Assembly: GCA_963816355.1 (NCBI GenBank)
Contig: CAWFKH010000003.1
Coordinates: 96,001 to 160,000 of the forward strand
Direction of reading: 5' to 3'
DNA from: an uncultured Gemmatimonadales bacterium
Lineage (GTDB): Bacteria; Gemmatimonadota; Gemmatimonadetes; Longimicrobiales; RSA9
DNA length: 64,000 nt
Part shown: piece after piece, positions 1 through 8,782 of the stretch
How positions within the stretch are numbered: the first letter of the stretch is position 1
How the letters are laid out: the number at the start of each line of letters is the position of its first letter
Made by a program: the position numbers and the translations under genes
The notes under the pieces: model-generated
The model's database searches: none
Seen by the model: the letters and a program-made list of their open reading frames with translations, nothing else
Told to the model about the DNA's origin: nothing

Positions 1-456
1 ATGGTGTTCGCGGACCAGACGTGGATGGCGGTCCTCGCCCCCGCGCCCGACGAGCGCGTGCGCATCCTGTGGGAAGCGGTGCGCGACGCCCGCGATGCGG
101 GCATCCGCCTGGTCCGCGAGCGCTGGGACGCGGGTCGGGACGTCCAGGGCTACGAGGTCGACGACGTCGTCCGCGGCGTCATCCGCGAGCGCGGCCACGG
201 CGACGCGTTCATCCATCGTACCGGCCACTCGATCGACCGCGACATCCACGGCTCGGGGCCGAACATCGACAACCTGGAGACGCACGAGGTGCGGCGCCTC
301 GTGCCCGGCGTCGGTTTCTCGATCGAGCCCGGCATCTACCTCGCCGGCGACGTCGGCCTGCGCTCCGAGGTCGACGTCTACATCGGCGACGCCGGTCCCG
401 AGGTCACCACGCCGGATCCGCAGGACGAGATCTTCCCCCTGCTCGGCGCGGAGTGA
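1..456 (+). CDS. M24 family (Xaa-Pro) aminopeptidase, C-terminal part (5' end outside window)
   Basis: M24 metal-binding motifs HRTGHSID and FSIEPGIY..G.RSE in the ORF. Confidence 0.9.
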   Translation: MVFADQTWMAVLAPAPDERVRILWEAVRDARDAGIRLVRERWDAGRDVQGYEVDDVVRGVIRERGHGDAFIHRTGHSIDRDIHGSGPNIDNLETHEVRRLVPGVGFSIEPGIYLAGDVGLRSEVDVYIGDAGPEVTTPDPQDEIFPLLGAE

Positions 457-460
457 GGCG

Positions 461-1072
461 GTGGGCGAGGCGGCCGAGGGCGGCTTCTACCTCTACGGCA
501 TCACCCGCGCGGGCGGCTGGCGGCGCCCCGCCGGCGACGGCGCCGACACGGTGGTGAAGATCCGCTACCGCGACCTCGAGGCGCTCGTGTGTCCGGCGCC
601 CTTCTCCATGCCGCCGCTGGATCCGGCGCGCGTGCGCGAGCACCAGCGCATCGTGGAAGCGTCGATGCGCCGCACCAGCGTGCTGCCCGCGCCGTACGGC
701 ATCGTGTTCGGCGGACGACGCGCGGTGCTCTCCTTCCTCGAGGAGCAGTACCTCGTCCTGGACGAAGGGCTCTCCTTCGTTCACGGTCACTGGGAGCTGC
801 GGCTTCACCTCTCGCTCGCGCACGGCGAGGCGTCGCCCGAGCTGCACGACTTCGCCGCCCACGTCTACTCGGAGCTGCGCCGCCTCGCCCACGCGGCGCT
901 GCCGCTGCCGCAGACGGAAGGCCGCCTCTTCGGCGCCGCCTTCCTCGTCGAGCGCGACGCGTGGATCGCCTTCGTCGAGCGCGCCGACGACATCGTCGGC
1001 AAGCACGACGAGATCGTCTTCGACGTCACCGGGCCGTGGCCGCCCTACGACTTCGTGCGCATCACGATCTGA
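461..1072 (+). CDS. GvpL/GvpF family protein
   Basis: GTG at 461; N-terminal FYLYGI, central HQRIVE..VLPAPYG, C-terminal TGPWPPYDF typical of GvpL/GvpF. Confidence 0.8.
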   Translation: MGEAAEGGFYLYGITRAGGWRRPAGDGADTVVKIRYRDLEALVCPAPFSMPPLDPARVREHQRIVEASMRRTSVLPAPYGIVFGGRRAVLSFLEEQYLVLDEGLSFVHGHWELRLHLSLAHGEASPELHDFAAHVYSELRRLAHAALPLPQTEGRLFGAAFLVERDAWIAFVERADDIVGKHDEIVFDVTGPWPPYDFVRITI

Positions 1073-3363
1073 TGCTGGTCGAAGTCGCCCTGCCGCTGCC
1101 GCTGCCGCAGACGTTCACCTACCGCCTCGAGAGCGACGCCGCCCCGCCCGGCACGCGCGTGCTCGTCCCCTTCGGACGCCGCCGCCTCGTCGGCTGGATC
1201 ACCGGACGCGAGCCCGACGCCGCCGGCGTCAAGCGGCTGCGCGACGTCATCCGCGTGCTCGACGAGGACCTCTCCGCCCCGGGCGCCTCCAGCCCCACCG
1301 GCGGCCCGGTCGTGCCGCCCGAGCTGCTCCGCCTCTGCGAGTGGGTGGCCGCCTACTACCTCGCGCCGCTGGGGCAGGTGCTGCGCACCGCACTGCCGGC
1401 CGTCCTCAGCGACGCGCGCCGCCCCGCGCCGCCCGTCCTCACGCGGCGCGTGATCCGTCTCGGCCGCGAGCTGCCGAGCCTGCGCGAGCGCGACGCGCTC
1501 TTCGCCCGCGCGCCGCGGCAGCGCGAGTGCTACGAGCTGCTCGAGTCGACCGGCGGCTCCGCCGAGGTCTCTCACCTGACCGGCAACGTCGGCTTCTCCC
1601 GCTCCGTGCTGGAGGGGCTCGTCGCCAAAGCGCTCGCCACGTTCGCGGACGCCGAGCTGGCGCGCGACCCGTTCGCCGAGATCGACCCCGGGCCGCCGCC
1701 ACGGCTCGAACCGACGGCCGCACAGCGCGCCGCCATCGACTCGTTCCGCGGTGCGGCCGCCGCTGGCGCGGACGGCGAGGACCGCCGCCCGTTCCTGCTG
1801 CGCGGCGTCACCGGCTCTGGCAAGACGCTCGTCTACATCGAGCTGCTGCGCGAGGTGGTCGAGCGCCACGGGCGCGGCGCCATCGTGCTGGTGCCGGAGA
1901 TCGCGCTCACGCCGCAGACCGTCGCCCGCTTCCGCGCCCACTTCGGCGACACCGTCGCCGTGCTCCACTCCGGCCTCTCCGACGGCGAGCGCTACGACGC
2001 CTGGCGCGCGCTGCGCGCCGGCGAGCGCCGCATCGCGATCGGCGCCCGCTCCGCCGTCTTCGCGCCGGTGCCGGATCCCGGCGCGATCATCGTCGACGAG
2101 GAGCACGAGTCGACGTACAAGCAGTCGGACGCCCCGCGCTACCACGCCCGCGAGGTCGCCATCGTGCGCGCCAACCTGGCAGGCGCCGTCTGCGTGCTTG
2201 GCAGCGCCACCCCCGCCCTCGAGAGCTGGGCGAACGCGCGCAGCGGCAAGTATCGACTGGTGGAGCTGCCGGAGCGCGTCGAGGGGCGGCCGCTGCCGCC
2301 GGTCCGCGTCGTCGACCTGCGGAAGCGCGCTGACGACGAGGACCGTGCGGGGCCCGGCGCGGGGATCCTCTCGCCTCCGCTCCGCGACGCGCTGGCTGCA
2401 CGGCTGGAGCGGCGCGAGCAGTCGATCCTGCTGCTCAACCGGCGCGGCTACGCCACCTTCGTCCAGTGTCGGGAGTGCGGCCACGTCTGGCACTGCGGCG
2501 AGTGCAACGTGTCGCTCACCTTCCACCGCGCGCGCCGACGCCTGGTGTGCCACTACTGCTTCCACGAGGAGACGCCGCCGGAGCGCTGCGGCGAGTGCGG
2601 CTCGGCCGCGATCTCGTTCCGCGGCGTCGGGACGGAGCAGGTCGAGCGGTCGGTCGGTGAGGCGTTCCCGCGCGCCCGCCTCGCGCGCATGGACGTCGAC
2701 ACCACTTCCGGCAAATGGGCTCACCAGACGATCCTCGATCGCGTCGCCCGCGGCGCGGTCGACATCCTTCTAGGCACCCAGATGATCGCGAAGGGGCTCG
2801 ACTTCCCGCGCGTGACGCTCGTCGGCGTCATCAACGCGGACGTGGGTCTCAACCTGCCCGACTTCCGCGCCGGCGAGCGCACGTTCCAGCTCCTCACCCA
2901 GGTGGCGGGGCGCGCCGGCCGCGGCGAGCTGCGCGGCGAGGTGATCGTGCAGACGGCGATGCCGGAACAGTACGCGATCCGCCGCGCGCTCGAGCACGAC
3001 TATCCGGGGTTTGCCGAGATCGAGCTCGCCGAGCGCGTGACGCCCTGCTATCCGCCGCACTGCCGGTTGCTCAACGTCGTCGTCAGCGGCACGGACGAAG
3101 ACGCCGTTGCGCGCGGGACGGAGGACGCCGCCGCCTGGGTGCGCGCTCATCTGCGCGCCCGCGACCGGGTGCAGCTTCTCGGGCCGGCGCCGTGCGCCAT
3201 CGACCGCGTGCGCGGCCGCTGGCGCTGGCACTTCCTGCTGCGCAGCCCCAGCGCCGCCGCCATCGGTCGCCTCGGCCGCGCCTTCCACCTCGGCTTTCCA
3301 CAGCGCGCTTCCGCGGGCGACCTCCGCGTCGCGCTCGACCGCGACCCGGTCGCGCTGCTGTAG
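1072..3363 (+). CDS. priA: Primosomal protein N' (replication restart helicase)
   Basis: ATG overlaps upstream TGA; LLRGVTGSGKT Walker A, VDEEHE, four CxxC zinc pairs, GTQMIAKGLDFP, QVAGRAGR. Confidence 0.97.
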   Translation: MLVEVALPLPLPQTFTYRLESDAAPPGTRVLVPFGRRRLVGWITGREPDAAGVKRLRDVIRVLDEDLSAPGASSPTGGPVVPPELLRLCEWVAAYYLAPLGQVLRTALPAVLSDARRPAPPVLTRRVIRLGRELPSLRERDALFARAPRQRECYELLESTGGSAEVSHLTGNVGFSRSVLEGLVAKALATFADAELARDPFAEIDPGPPPRLEPTAAQRAAIDSFRGAAAAGADGEDRRPFLLRGVTGSGKTLVYIELLREVVERHGRGAIVLVPEIALTPQTVARFRAHFGDTVAVLHSGLSDGERYDAWRALRAGERRIAIGARSAVFAPVPDPGAIIVDEEHESTYKQSDAPRYHAREVAIVRANLAGAVCVLGSATPALESWANARSGKYRLVELPERVEGRPLPPVRVVDLRKRADDEDRAGPGAGILSPPLRDALAARLERREQSILLLNRRGYATFVQCRECGHVWHCGECNVSLTFHRARRRLVCHYCFHEETPPERCGECGSAAISFRGVGTEQVERSVGEAFPRARLARMDVDTTSGKWAHQTILDRVARGAVDILLGTQMIAKGLDFPRVTLVGVINADVGLNLPDFRAGERTFQLLTQVAGRAGRGELRGEVIVQTAMPEQYAIRRALEHDYPGFAEIELAERVTPCYPPHCRLLNVVVSGTDEDAVARGTEDAAAWVRAHLRARDRVQLLGPAPCAIDRVRGRWRWHFLLRSPSAAAIGRLGRAFHLGFPQRASAGDLRVALDRDPVALL

Positions 3364-3456
3364 CCGGCGGGCGCGGCTCCGCGACCGTTGATTCCGCCCC
3401 GCCCCGCGCGCTACACTTCGATCGTGTCTGCGCGCTTCGCCGAAAGGAGGACCCCC

Positions 3457-4026
3457 ATCAACGCCTCGGGCTGCCTGGCACTCAACGCCTCGTTCGAGCC
3501 GCTGACCATCCTGCCGGTCCGCCGCGCCCTCCGCCTCGTCCTCGAGCGGAAGGCCGAGGTCCTCGAGGTGGACGAGTCACGGATCTTCCGCTCCGCGCGC
3601 CACGAGCTGTCCGCGCCGGTGGTGATCCGCCTGGTCCGCTTCATCCACGTCCCGCGCCGGTTCCGGCGGCAGGTGACCAACACCTTCCTGTTCGCCCGCG
3701 ACCACTACAGCTGCGAGTACTGCGGCCGCCATCGGGCGACGCTCCGCGGTCGCGAGTTCCTCACACGGGACCACGTAGTGCCGATCTCGCGCGGCGGCGA
3801 CAACTCCTGGACGAACGTCGTCACCGCCTGTTCGACCTGCAACAACCGGAAGGGAAGCCGGCTGCCCCACGAGTCCGGCATGCAGCCGATCCACCGGCCC
3901 CGTGAGCCGAACTACGTCGAGCTCGTGTGGGCGGTGCGTCGCATCACGCCGGTCCAGGCGAAGTACATCCGGCTCTTCTACGGCGAGGACGTGCTCCAGG
4001 CGATTTCCGCCCACGCGCACCTCTGA
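3457..4026 (+). CDS. HNH endonuclease (McrA-like); start probably ATC at 3457
   Basis: LALNASFEPL N-terminus, RDHYSCEYCG, TRDHVVP.SRGG..SWTNVVTACSTCNNRKG; AAGGAGG Shine-Dalgarno 6 nt before the in-frame ATC. Confidence 0.88.
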   Translation: MNASGCLALNASFEPLTILPVRRALRLVLERKAEVLEVDESRIFRSARHELSAPVVIRLVRFIHVPRRFRRQVTNTFLFARDHYSCEYCGRHRATLRGREFLTRDHVVPISRGGDNSWTNVVTACSTCNNRKGSRLPHESGMQPIHRPREPNYVELVWAVRRITPVQAKYIRLFYGEDVLQAISAHAHL

Positions 4027-4079
4027 GCGCCCGCGCTCGAGCGCGGCGTTCGCGCGGCGCCGGCCGGCGTGGAACGCTC

Positions 4080-4095
4080 TGGCAAGAAGGTTGCA
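4080..4095 (+). promoter_or_regulatory. Sigma54 (-24/-12) promoter
   Basis: TGGCAAGAAGGTTGCA matches TGGCAC-N5-TTGCW with exact GG-N10-GC spacing, ~90 nt upstream of the 4188 gene. Confidence 0.65.
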
Positions 4096-4187
4096 TGGAG
4101 CGACGGTCGTTCGACCGGGGCGCTGCAGCCACTGGCTCAGCGCCTCTTTTCATACTGCGATGCGCCGTAGCCATGGCGGAGGCGAGC

Positions 4188-4409
4188 ATGAACCGACCCA
4201 TCTACGATCTTTTCCCTGCCAGCGGAGAGTGGTTCCTACGCCGGCGCGAGGATCCCGACTTCGCCATGGTGTTCCCCACCAAGGAGGACGCGGTCCGCCA
4301 GGCGAGCGACGTCGGCTTTCGCTCGCCGGAGGCCGAGCTGGTCATCCGCGACGACGCCGGAGAAGTGCGCGGCTCCTACCGGCTCTTCGGCGCGCGCGTC
4401 CCCGCCTGA
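4188..4409 (+). CDS. Small DUF2188-like protein
   Basis: GGAGG then ATG 4188; pattern W...F.TKEDAV..A......ELVIRDDAGEV resembles DUF2188. Confidence 0.65.
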   Translation: MNRPIYDLFPASGEWFLRRREDPDFAMVFPTKEDAVRQASDVGFRSPEAELVIRDDAGEVRGSYRLFGARVPA

Positions 4410-4810
4410 TCCGGGCCGTTCCCCGGCGCCGCCCACGAACGCACCTTCGCGAGAAGCTTGCGCGCATCGAACGGCTTTGCGATGAAATCGTCCGCCCCCG
4501 CCGCCAGCGACAGCTGGCGCGCCCCCTCCATGGCGGTCACCGCGATGATCGGCACCGCGCGCGTCGCCGGATCGCCGCGCAGCCGGCGGATCGCCTCGAA
4601 GCCATCGATCTCCGGCATCATCATGTCCATCAGGATCAGGATCGGCGGCCTGGAGCGCGCGAAGGCGACCGCCTCGCGCCCGTTGGCCGCCACCACGACG
4701 TGGTAGCCGAACGCTTCGAGAAGGGTGCGGATCGCGTCGCGGCTGTCGAGGTGGTCCTCCGCGACCAGCACGGTGCCCGGTGTCGTCTCGTCGAGGGAGT
4801 GGTGCTGCAT
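4376..4810 (-). CDS. Single-domain response regulator (DivK/CheY-like)
   Basis: VLVAEDH, LILMDMMMPEIDG, PIIAVTA, DDFIAKPF receiver motifs. Confidence 0.9.
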   Translation of the reverse strand: MQHHSLDETTPGTVLVAEDHLDSRDAIRTLLEAFGYHVVVAANGREAVAFARSRPPILILMDMMMPEIDGFEAIRRLRGDPATRAVPIIAVTAMEGARQLSLAAGADDFIAKPFDARKLLAKVRSWAAPGNGPDQAGTRAPKSR

Positions 4811-4915
4811 CGATGACCCGGAATGAGACAAACTCTCGTGACGTCGCGGAGTCGGACCCGGATCTCCGCGCCGTACGTGGACGCACCGTCGCCACCCCGC
4901 CCGTTCCTTCGGGTA

Positions 4916-4931
4916 TGCAATTCCCCGGCCA
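4916..4931 (-). promoter_or_regulatory. Sigma54 (-24/-12) promoter
   Basis: Minus strand reads TGGCCGGGGAATTGCA (GG-N10-GC), ~105 nt upstream of the response regulator start. Confidence 0.55.
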
Positions 4932-4994
4932 TGCAACGCTCGTCGCGACCCGCGACGACTGGACGTGCCCCCGCTGCATCTCTTAGCTTCCGAC

Positions 4995-5426
4995 ATGCCC
5001 GAAGCGGAGCTCACCCGTCGCCTGCGCTTTTCGGCGGCGCACCGATACCACCGACCCGAATGGAGCGACGAGCGCAACCGCGCGCTCTTCGGGCCGTGCA
5101 GCAATCCGCACGGGCACGGCCACAACTACGTGCTCGAAGTGACCGTCGCCGGCGAGGTCGACCCGGAGACCGGCTTCTGCGTCGACCTCGGCGCGCTCGA
5201 CCGCCTGCTCGAGGAGCGCGTCGTGCGCGTCCTCGACCACCAGCACCTCAACCACGCCGTCGCCGAGTTCGCTCCGGGGGGACGGCTTCCGACGAGCGAG
5301 AACATCCTGCTCTACCTCTGGCCCCGCCTCGTCTCGGACATGCCCGACGGCTCGACGCTGCGCCGCCTCCGCCTCGCCGAGGACGAGACGTTCTTCGTCG
5401 AGTACGCCGGCGGCGAGGACCAGTGA
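4995..5426 (+). CDS. queD: 6-carboxytetrahydropterin / 6-pyruvoyl-tetrahydropterin synthase
   Basis: FSAAHRY, CSNPHGHGHNY, LDHQHLN, PTSENI motifs of the PTPS/QueD family. Confidence 0.9.
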   Translation: MPEAELTRRLRFSAAHRYHRPEWSDERNRALFGPCSNPHGHGHNYVLEVTVAGEVDPETGFCVDLGALDRLLEERVVRVLDHQHLNHAVAEFAPGGRLPTSENILLYLWPRLVSDMPDGSTLRRLRLAEDETFFVEYAGGEDQ

Positions 5427-5761
5427 GCGCGCCCCTCTCCGCGCGCGACGTGCTGCGCGGCGCCGAGGAGCCGGCGGACGCCGCGGAGCCGGCCGCGCCG
5501 TCGTCGCCCCGCCGCCGCTTCGCGGTCGACGGCGTGGAGTGGATCGCGACCGCCGCCGGCGAGTGCGTCTACGGCACCGGCCTCCTCGGCGGCGCGCCGC
5601 TCGTGGCCATCGGCTTCGCGCGCACCGTCGAGCCGGAGCGCACGCTCCGCCTGGCCCTGCTTCCGCGCGGCCGGTTCTTCGCCCTCTACGACGCCGAGCT
5701 GCGCGACCTGCTCGAGTCCGGACACGACGTCGACGCCGGCGCGCGGGAGGACGCGCCATGA
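5423..5761 (+). CDS. Hypothetical protein
   Basis: GTGA overlap with the queD stop and ATGA overlap with the next gene; GC3-rich codon pattern. Confidence 0.65.
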   Translation: MSAPLSARDVLRGAEEPADAAEPAAPSSPRRRFAVDGVEWIATAAGECVYGTGLLGGAPLVAIGFARTVEPERTLRLALLPRGRFFALYDAELRDLLESGHDVDAGAREDAP

Positions 5762-6231
5762 TGGACCGCATCCGCGCCGCCGCCACGCTCGCCCGCGCGG
5801 CACTCACCGCCGCCACCGTCGCGGCGGCCGTGCTCACCGCCGGCTGCTCAGGCTCGACCACCGGGCCGGGCTCCTCCAGCGTGCCGGTCGGCCTCGTCGT
5901 CACCTCCGCCGGCTCCACGCTGATCACCGTCCACGGTACCACCGCCGACGACGGCTTCCGCGTCGGCGTCGGCGACACCACCGCGGTCTTCGAGGTGACC
6001 TTCACGGACCGGCAGGGCGAGCCGCTGACGCTGTCCGGCACGTTCATGGCCGGGGAGGTCGAGAGCACGGTCGTCGCGACGCTGGAGCCGACGTCGCCGG
6101 GCGCCTTCTCCGCCCGCATCGCCGGCCGCATGGTGGGCGCGACGCGCGTGCGCTTCAAGCTCGAGAGCGGTCAGATCGGCACCGGCTCGGAGGTTTACAC
6201 ATCGCCCTGGATCACCGTCACCGTCGAATAG
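5758..6231 (+). CDS. Putative lipoprotein (beta-rich)
   Basis: Signal peptide with lipobox LTAGC; translationally coupled to the upstream gene. Confidence 0.7.
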   Translation: MMDRIRAAATLARAALTAATVAAAVLTAGCSGSTTGPGSSSVPVGLVVTSAGSTLITVHGTTADDGFRVGVGDTTAVFEVTFTDRQGEPLTLSGTFMAGEVESTVVATLEPTSPGAFSARIAGRMVGATRVRFKLESGQIGTGSEVYTSPWITVTVE

Positions 6232-6244
6232 AGGAGGACGTGCA

Positions 6245-6871
6245 ATGCGCCATCCCGACTGCGCGACCGTGATGCCCGGGACGCTGGCGCTCGCCATAGC
6301 GGCGGGCCTCGCGTTCGCCTCGCCGCCCGCCCGCGCCGCCGCCCAGCGCGCGCCGGCCTGCCACCCTTCCTCGCGGATGCCGGTGCAGGGGCGCGCGAGC
6401 CCGTACGACTCGGTGCGCGTGCCGGTGGGCGACGCCGTCGCCACGATCTGCTACGGCCGCCCCTCACTGAGAGGCCGCACGATGATCGGCGGCGACGCCG
6501 TGCCGTACGGCAAGTTGTGGCGGACCGGCGCCAACGAGCCGACCATCCTGCACCTTCCGGTCTCCGCCGAGATCGCCGGGCTGGGCGTGGCGCCCGGCTC
6601 GTACTCGCTGTATACCATTCCGGGACCGCAGGAGTGGGTGCTCATCGTGAACCGCTCGACGAGCCAGTGGGGGATCGAGTCCGACTATACGGACGCGGTG
6701 CGCGCGCAGGAGGTCGGGCGCGCCACGGTGAGCTCCGAGAGGGTCGGTGCGCCCATCGAGACGCTGACGATCCGCGCCGAGCCCGGCCCCGGCACGGCCA
6801 CTCGCATCCTGCTCGAGTGGCAACGCACGCGCGTCGTCATACCGCTGCGGCCGGCGCCGGCGAGACGCTGA
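6245..6871 (+). CDS. DUF2911 family secreted protein
   Basis: RASP, YGRPSLRGR, VPYGKLWRTGANEPT, GSYSLYTIPG motifs; GAGGAGG RBS. Confidence 0.88.
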   Translation: MRHPDCATVMPGTLALAIAAGLAFASPPARAAAQRAPACHPSSRMPVQGRASPYDSVRVPVGDAVATICYGRPSLRGRTMIGGDAVPYGKLWRTGANEPTILHLPVSAEIAGLGVAPGSYSLYTIPGPQEWVLIVNRSTSQWGIESDYTDAVRAQEVGRATVSSERVGAPIETLTIRAEPGPGTATRILLEWQRTRVVIPLRPAPARR

Positions 6872-6956
6872 AGCCGGGAGCGCGCGTCGCGCGTAGGGCG
6901 ATCGAGGGGCGCCGGCAGCGGCGCCGTCCGTGCACTCTGCTCGAGAGGTGCTGAAC

Positions 6957-7238
6957 ATGAACGTACTGCCCATCGATCTTACTGCCGTCGTCGGCATCTT
7001 CTTCGGCTGTCTCATCGTGCTCCTCCCGATCGCCGGCATCACCGCGCGCTTCACGATCCGGCCCATCGCGGAGGCGATCGCGCGTGCGCGCGAGGCGCAG
7101 GGGAACGATCGCGAAGTGGAGATGCTCGAGAAGCGCGTCGCGCTCCTGGAGCAGCAGATCCAGTCGGTCGAGACCTCGGTCGACCGCCTCGTCGATGCGC
7201 GGGAGTTCGACCGCAAGCTCGCCTCGCCCACGACGTAG
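6957..7238 (+). CDS. Small membrane-anchored coiled-coil protein
   Basis: N-terminal hydrophobic helix then heptad coiled coil (LEKRVALLEQQIQSV); GAGGTG RBS. Confidence 0.75.
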   Translation: MNVLPIDLTAVVGIFFGCLIVLLPIAGITARFTIRPIAEAIARAREAQGNDREVEMLEKRVALLEQQIQSVETSVDRLVDAREFDRKLASPTT

Positions 7239-7302
7239 CTCCGCGTGTCCCACCGCCGCACCGCCACCTCCGCAGCTCCGCACGTCCCGCGGCCTCTCCG
7301 TC

Positions 7303-7336
7303 CCACCGGTGTCAGAAATCGACACCGGTGGACGTT
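7303..7336 (+). promoter_or_regulatory. Candidate ECF promoter (TGTCAG-N17-CGTT) embedded in an 11-bp perfect inverted repeat
   Basis: CCACCGGTGTC-agaaatc-GACACCGGTGG at 7303-7331, directly upstream of the ECF sigma gene. Confidence 0.45.
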
Positions 7337-7365
7337 TATCCAGTAGTCGGCGCGGACGGAACGTC

Positions 7366-7863
7366 GTGGACTTCGATGCTGCCTTCGAGCGGCTCTATCC
7401 GGGCCTGTTCCGCTACCTGCACCGGCTGACGGGAGACCCGGACGCGGCGCAGGACATCGCGCAGGAGGCGTTCGTCCGATTGTTGCGGCAGAAACTCCCG
7501 GAGAAGGAGATCCGCCCGTGGCTGTTCACGGTCGCGACCAACCTGGTGCGGGATTCGGCTCGCGGAAGCGAGCGGCGACGCCGGCTCCTGAGCGGCACCT
7601 ACACGCCGCCGGGAGCGCCGCGCCCGCCGGACGAGCTGGTCGAGAGGGCGGAGCGGATCGAGGGCGTGCGTAAGGTTCTCGAGCGGTTGGCGGAGCGGGA
7701 TCGAAAGCTGCTTCTGCTTCGCGAGGAGGGATTCAGCTACAAGGAGATCGCCCGGACCATCGACGTCGCGCCGGGATCGGTCGGTACGCTGATCGCCCGC
7801 GCGCTCAAGAAGTTCGCAGAGCTGTACGATACACGTGAGACAGGCGATGAACCACGCGACTGA
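7366..7863 (+). CDS. ECF RNA polymerase sigma factor
   Basis: Region 2 (DAAQDIAQEAF..WLFTVATN) and region 4 (GFSYKEIA..GSVGTLIARA); GTG start. Confidence 0.93.
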   Translation: MDFDAAFERLYPGLFRYLHRLTGDPDAAQDIAQEAFVRLLRQKLPEKEIRPWLFTVATNLVRDSARGSERRRRLLSGTYTPPGAPRPPDELVERAERIEGVRKVLERLAERDRKLLLLREEGFSYKEIARTIDVAPGSVGTLIARALKKFAELYDTRETGDEPRD

Positions 7864-8629
7864 GGGCACCATCCAGGCTTACCTCGACGGCGAGCTGCCG
7901 GCGCGCGAGCGCGCCGAGCTGGCTCTGCACGTCGAGACGTGCCCGCAGTGCGCCGGCGAGCTCGCGGCGCTCCGCAGCGCCGCCGCCCGGTTCCACCTCC
8001 TCGCCCTCGCTGCCGACGTCCCCGTGCCGCCGCTGCCCACCGACGAGCTCGCGCGGCGTCGCCGGCGCGCCCGCTCCGTGCTCGCCCGCCGTGTCCTGAC
8101 GCGCGCCGCCGTGCTGCTCGTCTTCGTCGCCGGCGCCGCCGCTGCGCTGCCCGGAACGCCGCTGCACCGCTGGGCGGTGGGGCTGTGGAACGATGTCCGC
8201 ACCGTGATCGTGCGGCGTCCGGCCGCCGTGCCCGTCGCGCCGGTCGAGGTCGAGGTCGAGCCGACGGCGCCGGCGGCGAGCGCGCCGATGGCCGTGTCCG
8301 TCAGTCCGCTGGGTGGGGAGCTGTACTTCACGATCGCGCGCGCCGCCCCGCGCACGCGCCTCCACATCGAGATCGTCGACGCCCCGCGGGGTGCCGTGCG
8401 CGCGACCGGCGCCGCGACCGCCGGCCACTTCAGCACGGCGGCCGGGCGGATCGACATCGCGGACGTGCCCGCGGGCGACATCACGATCCGTATTCCGCGG
8501 GACGTGCGTCGCGCGACGGTCGTGGCCGACGGCCGTCCGCTGCTGGTGAAGGAAGGCGCGAGCGTGCGGCTGCTGGCCACGCCCGCCGACAGCTCTGCGG
8601 CGGAGATCGTGTTCGAGATCGGCGGCTGA
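7847..8629 (+). CDS. Zinc-binding (ZAS, zf-HC2) transmembrane anti-sigma factor
   Basis: AYLDGEL...HVETCPQC (HxxxCxxC), one TM helix, overlaps the sigma gene. Confidence 0.88.
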   Translation: MNHATEGTIQAYLDGELPARERAELALHVETCPQCAGELAALRSAAARFHLLALAADVPVPPLPTDELARRRRRARSVLARRVLTRAAVLLVFVAGAAAALPGTPLHRWAVGLWNDVRTVIVRRPAAVPVAPVEVEVEPTAPAASAPMAVSVSPLGGELYFTIARAAPRTRLHIEIVDAPRGAVRATGAATAGHFSTAAGRIDIADVPAGDITIRIPRDVRRATVVADGRPLLVKEGASVRLLATPADSSAAEIVFEIGG

Positions 8630-8782
8630 AGCCGGAGCCGCGCATCGTCCGACGCGGCCGCGCGTCGGGCGCAATCCCCCGTTGCCTGCTGGAACTGGCG
8701 CGGGGGATCGGCTATTATGGATGCATGCCCGATCCCGTCGTACACCTCCCCGATCGCCTCACGCGCTGAGCGGGCGGATCCC

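Noticed and set aside
3457..4026. HNH gene as an RNA-guided (IscB/Cas9-like) or mobile nuclease
   Set aside because: No RuvC motifs, PLMP domain, flanking structured RNA or element ends are visible.
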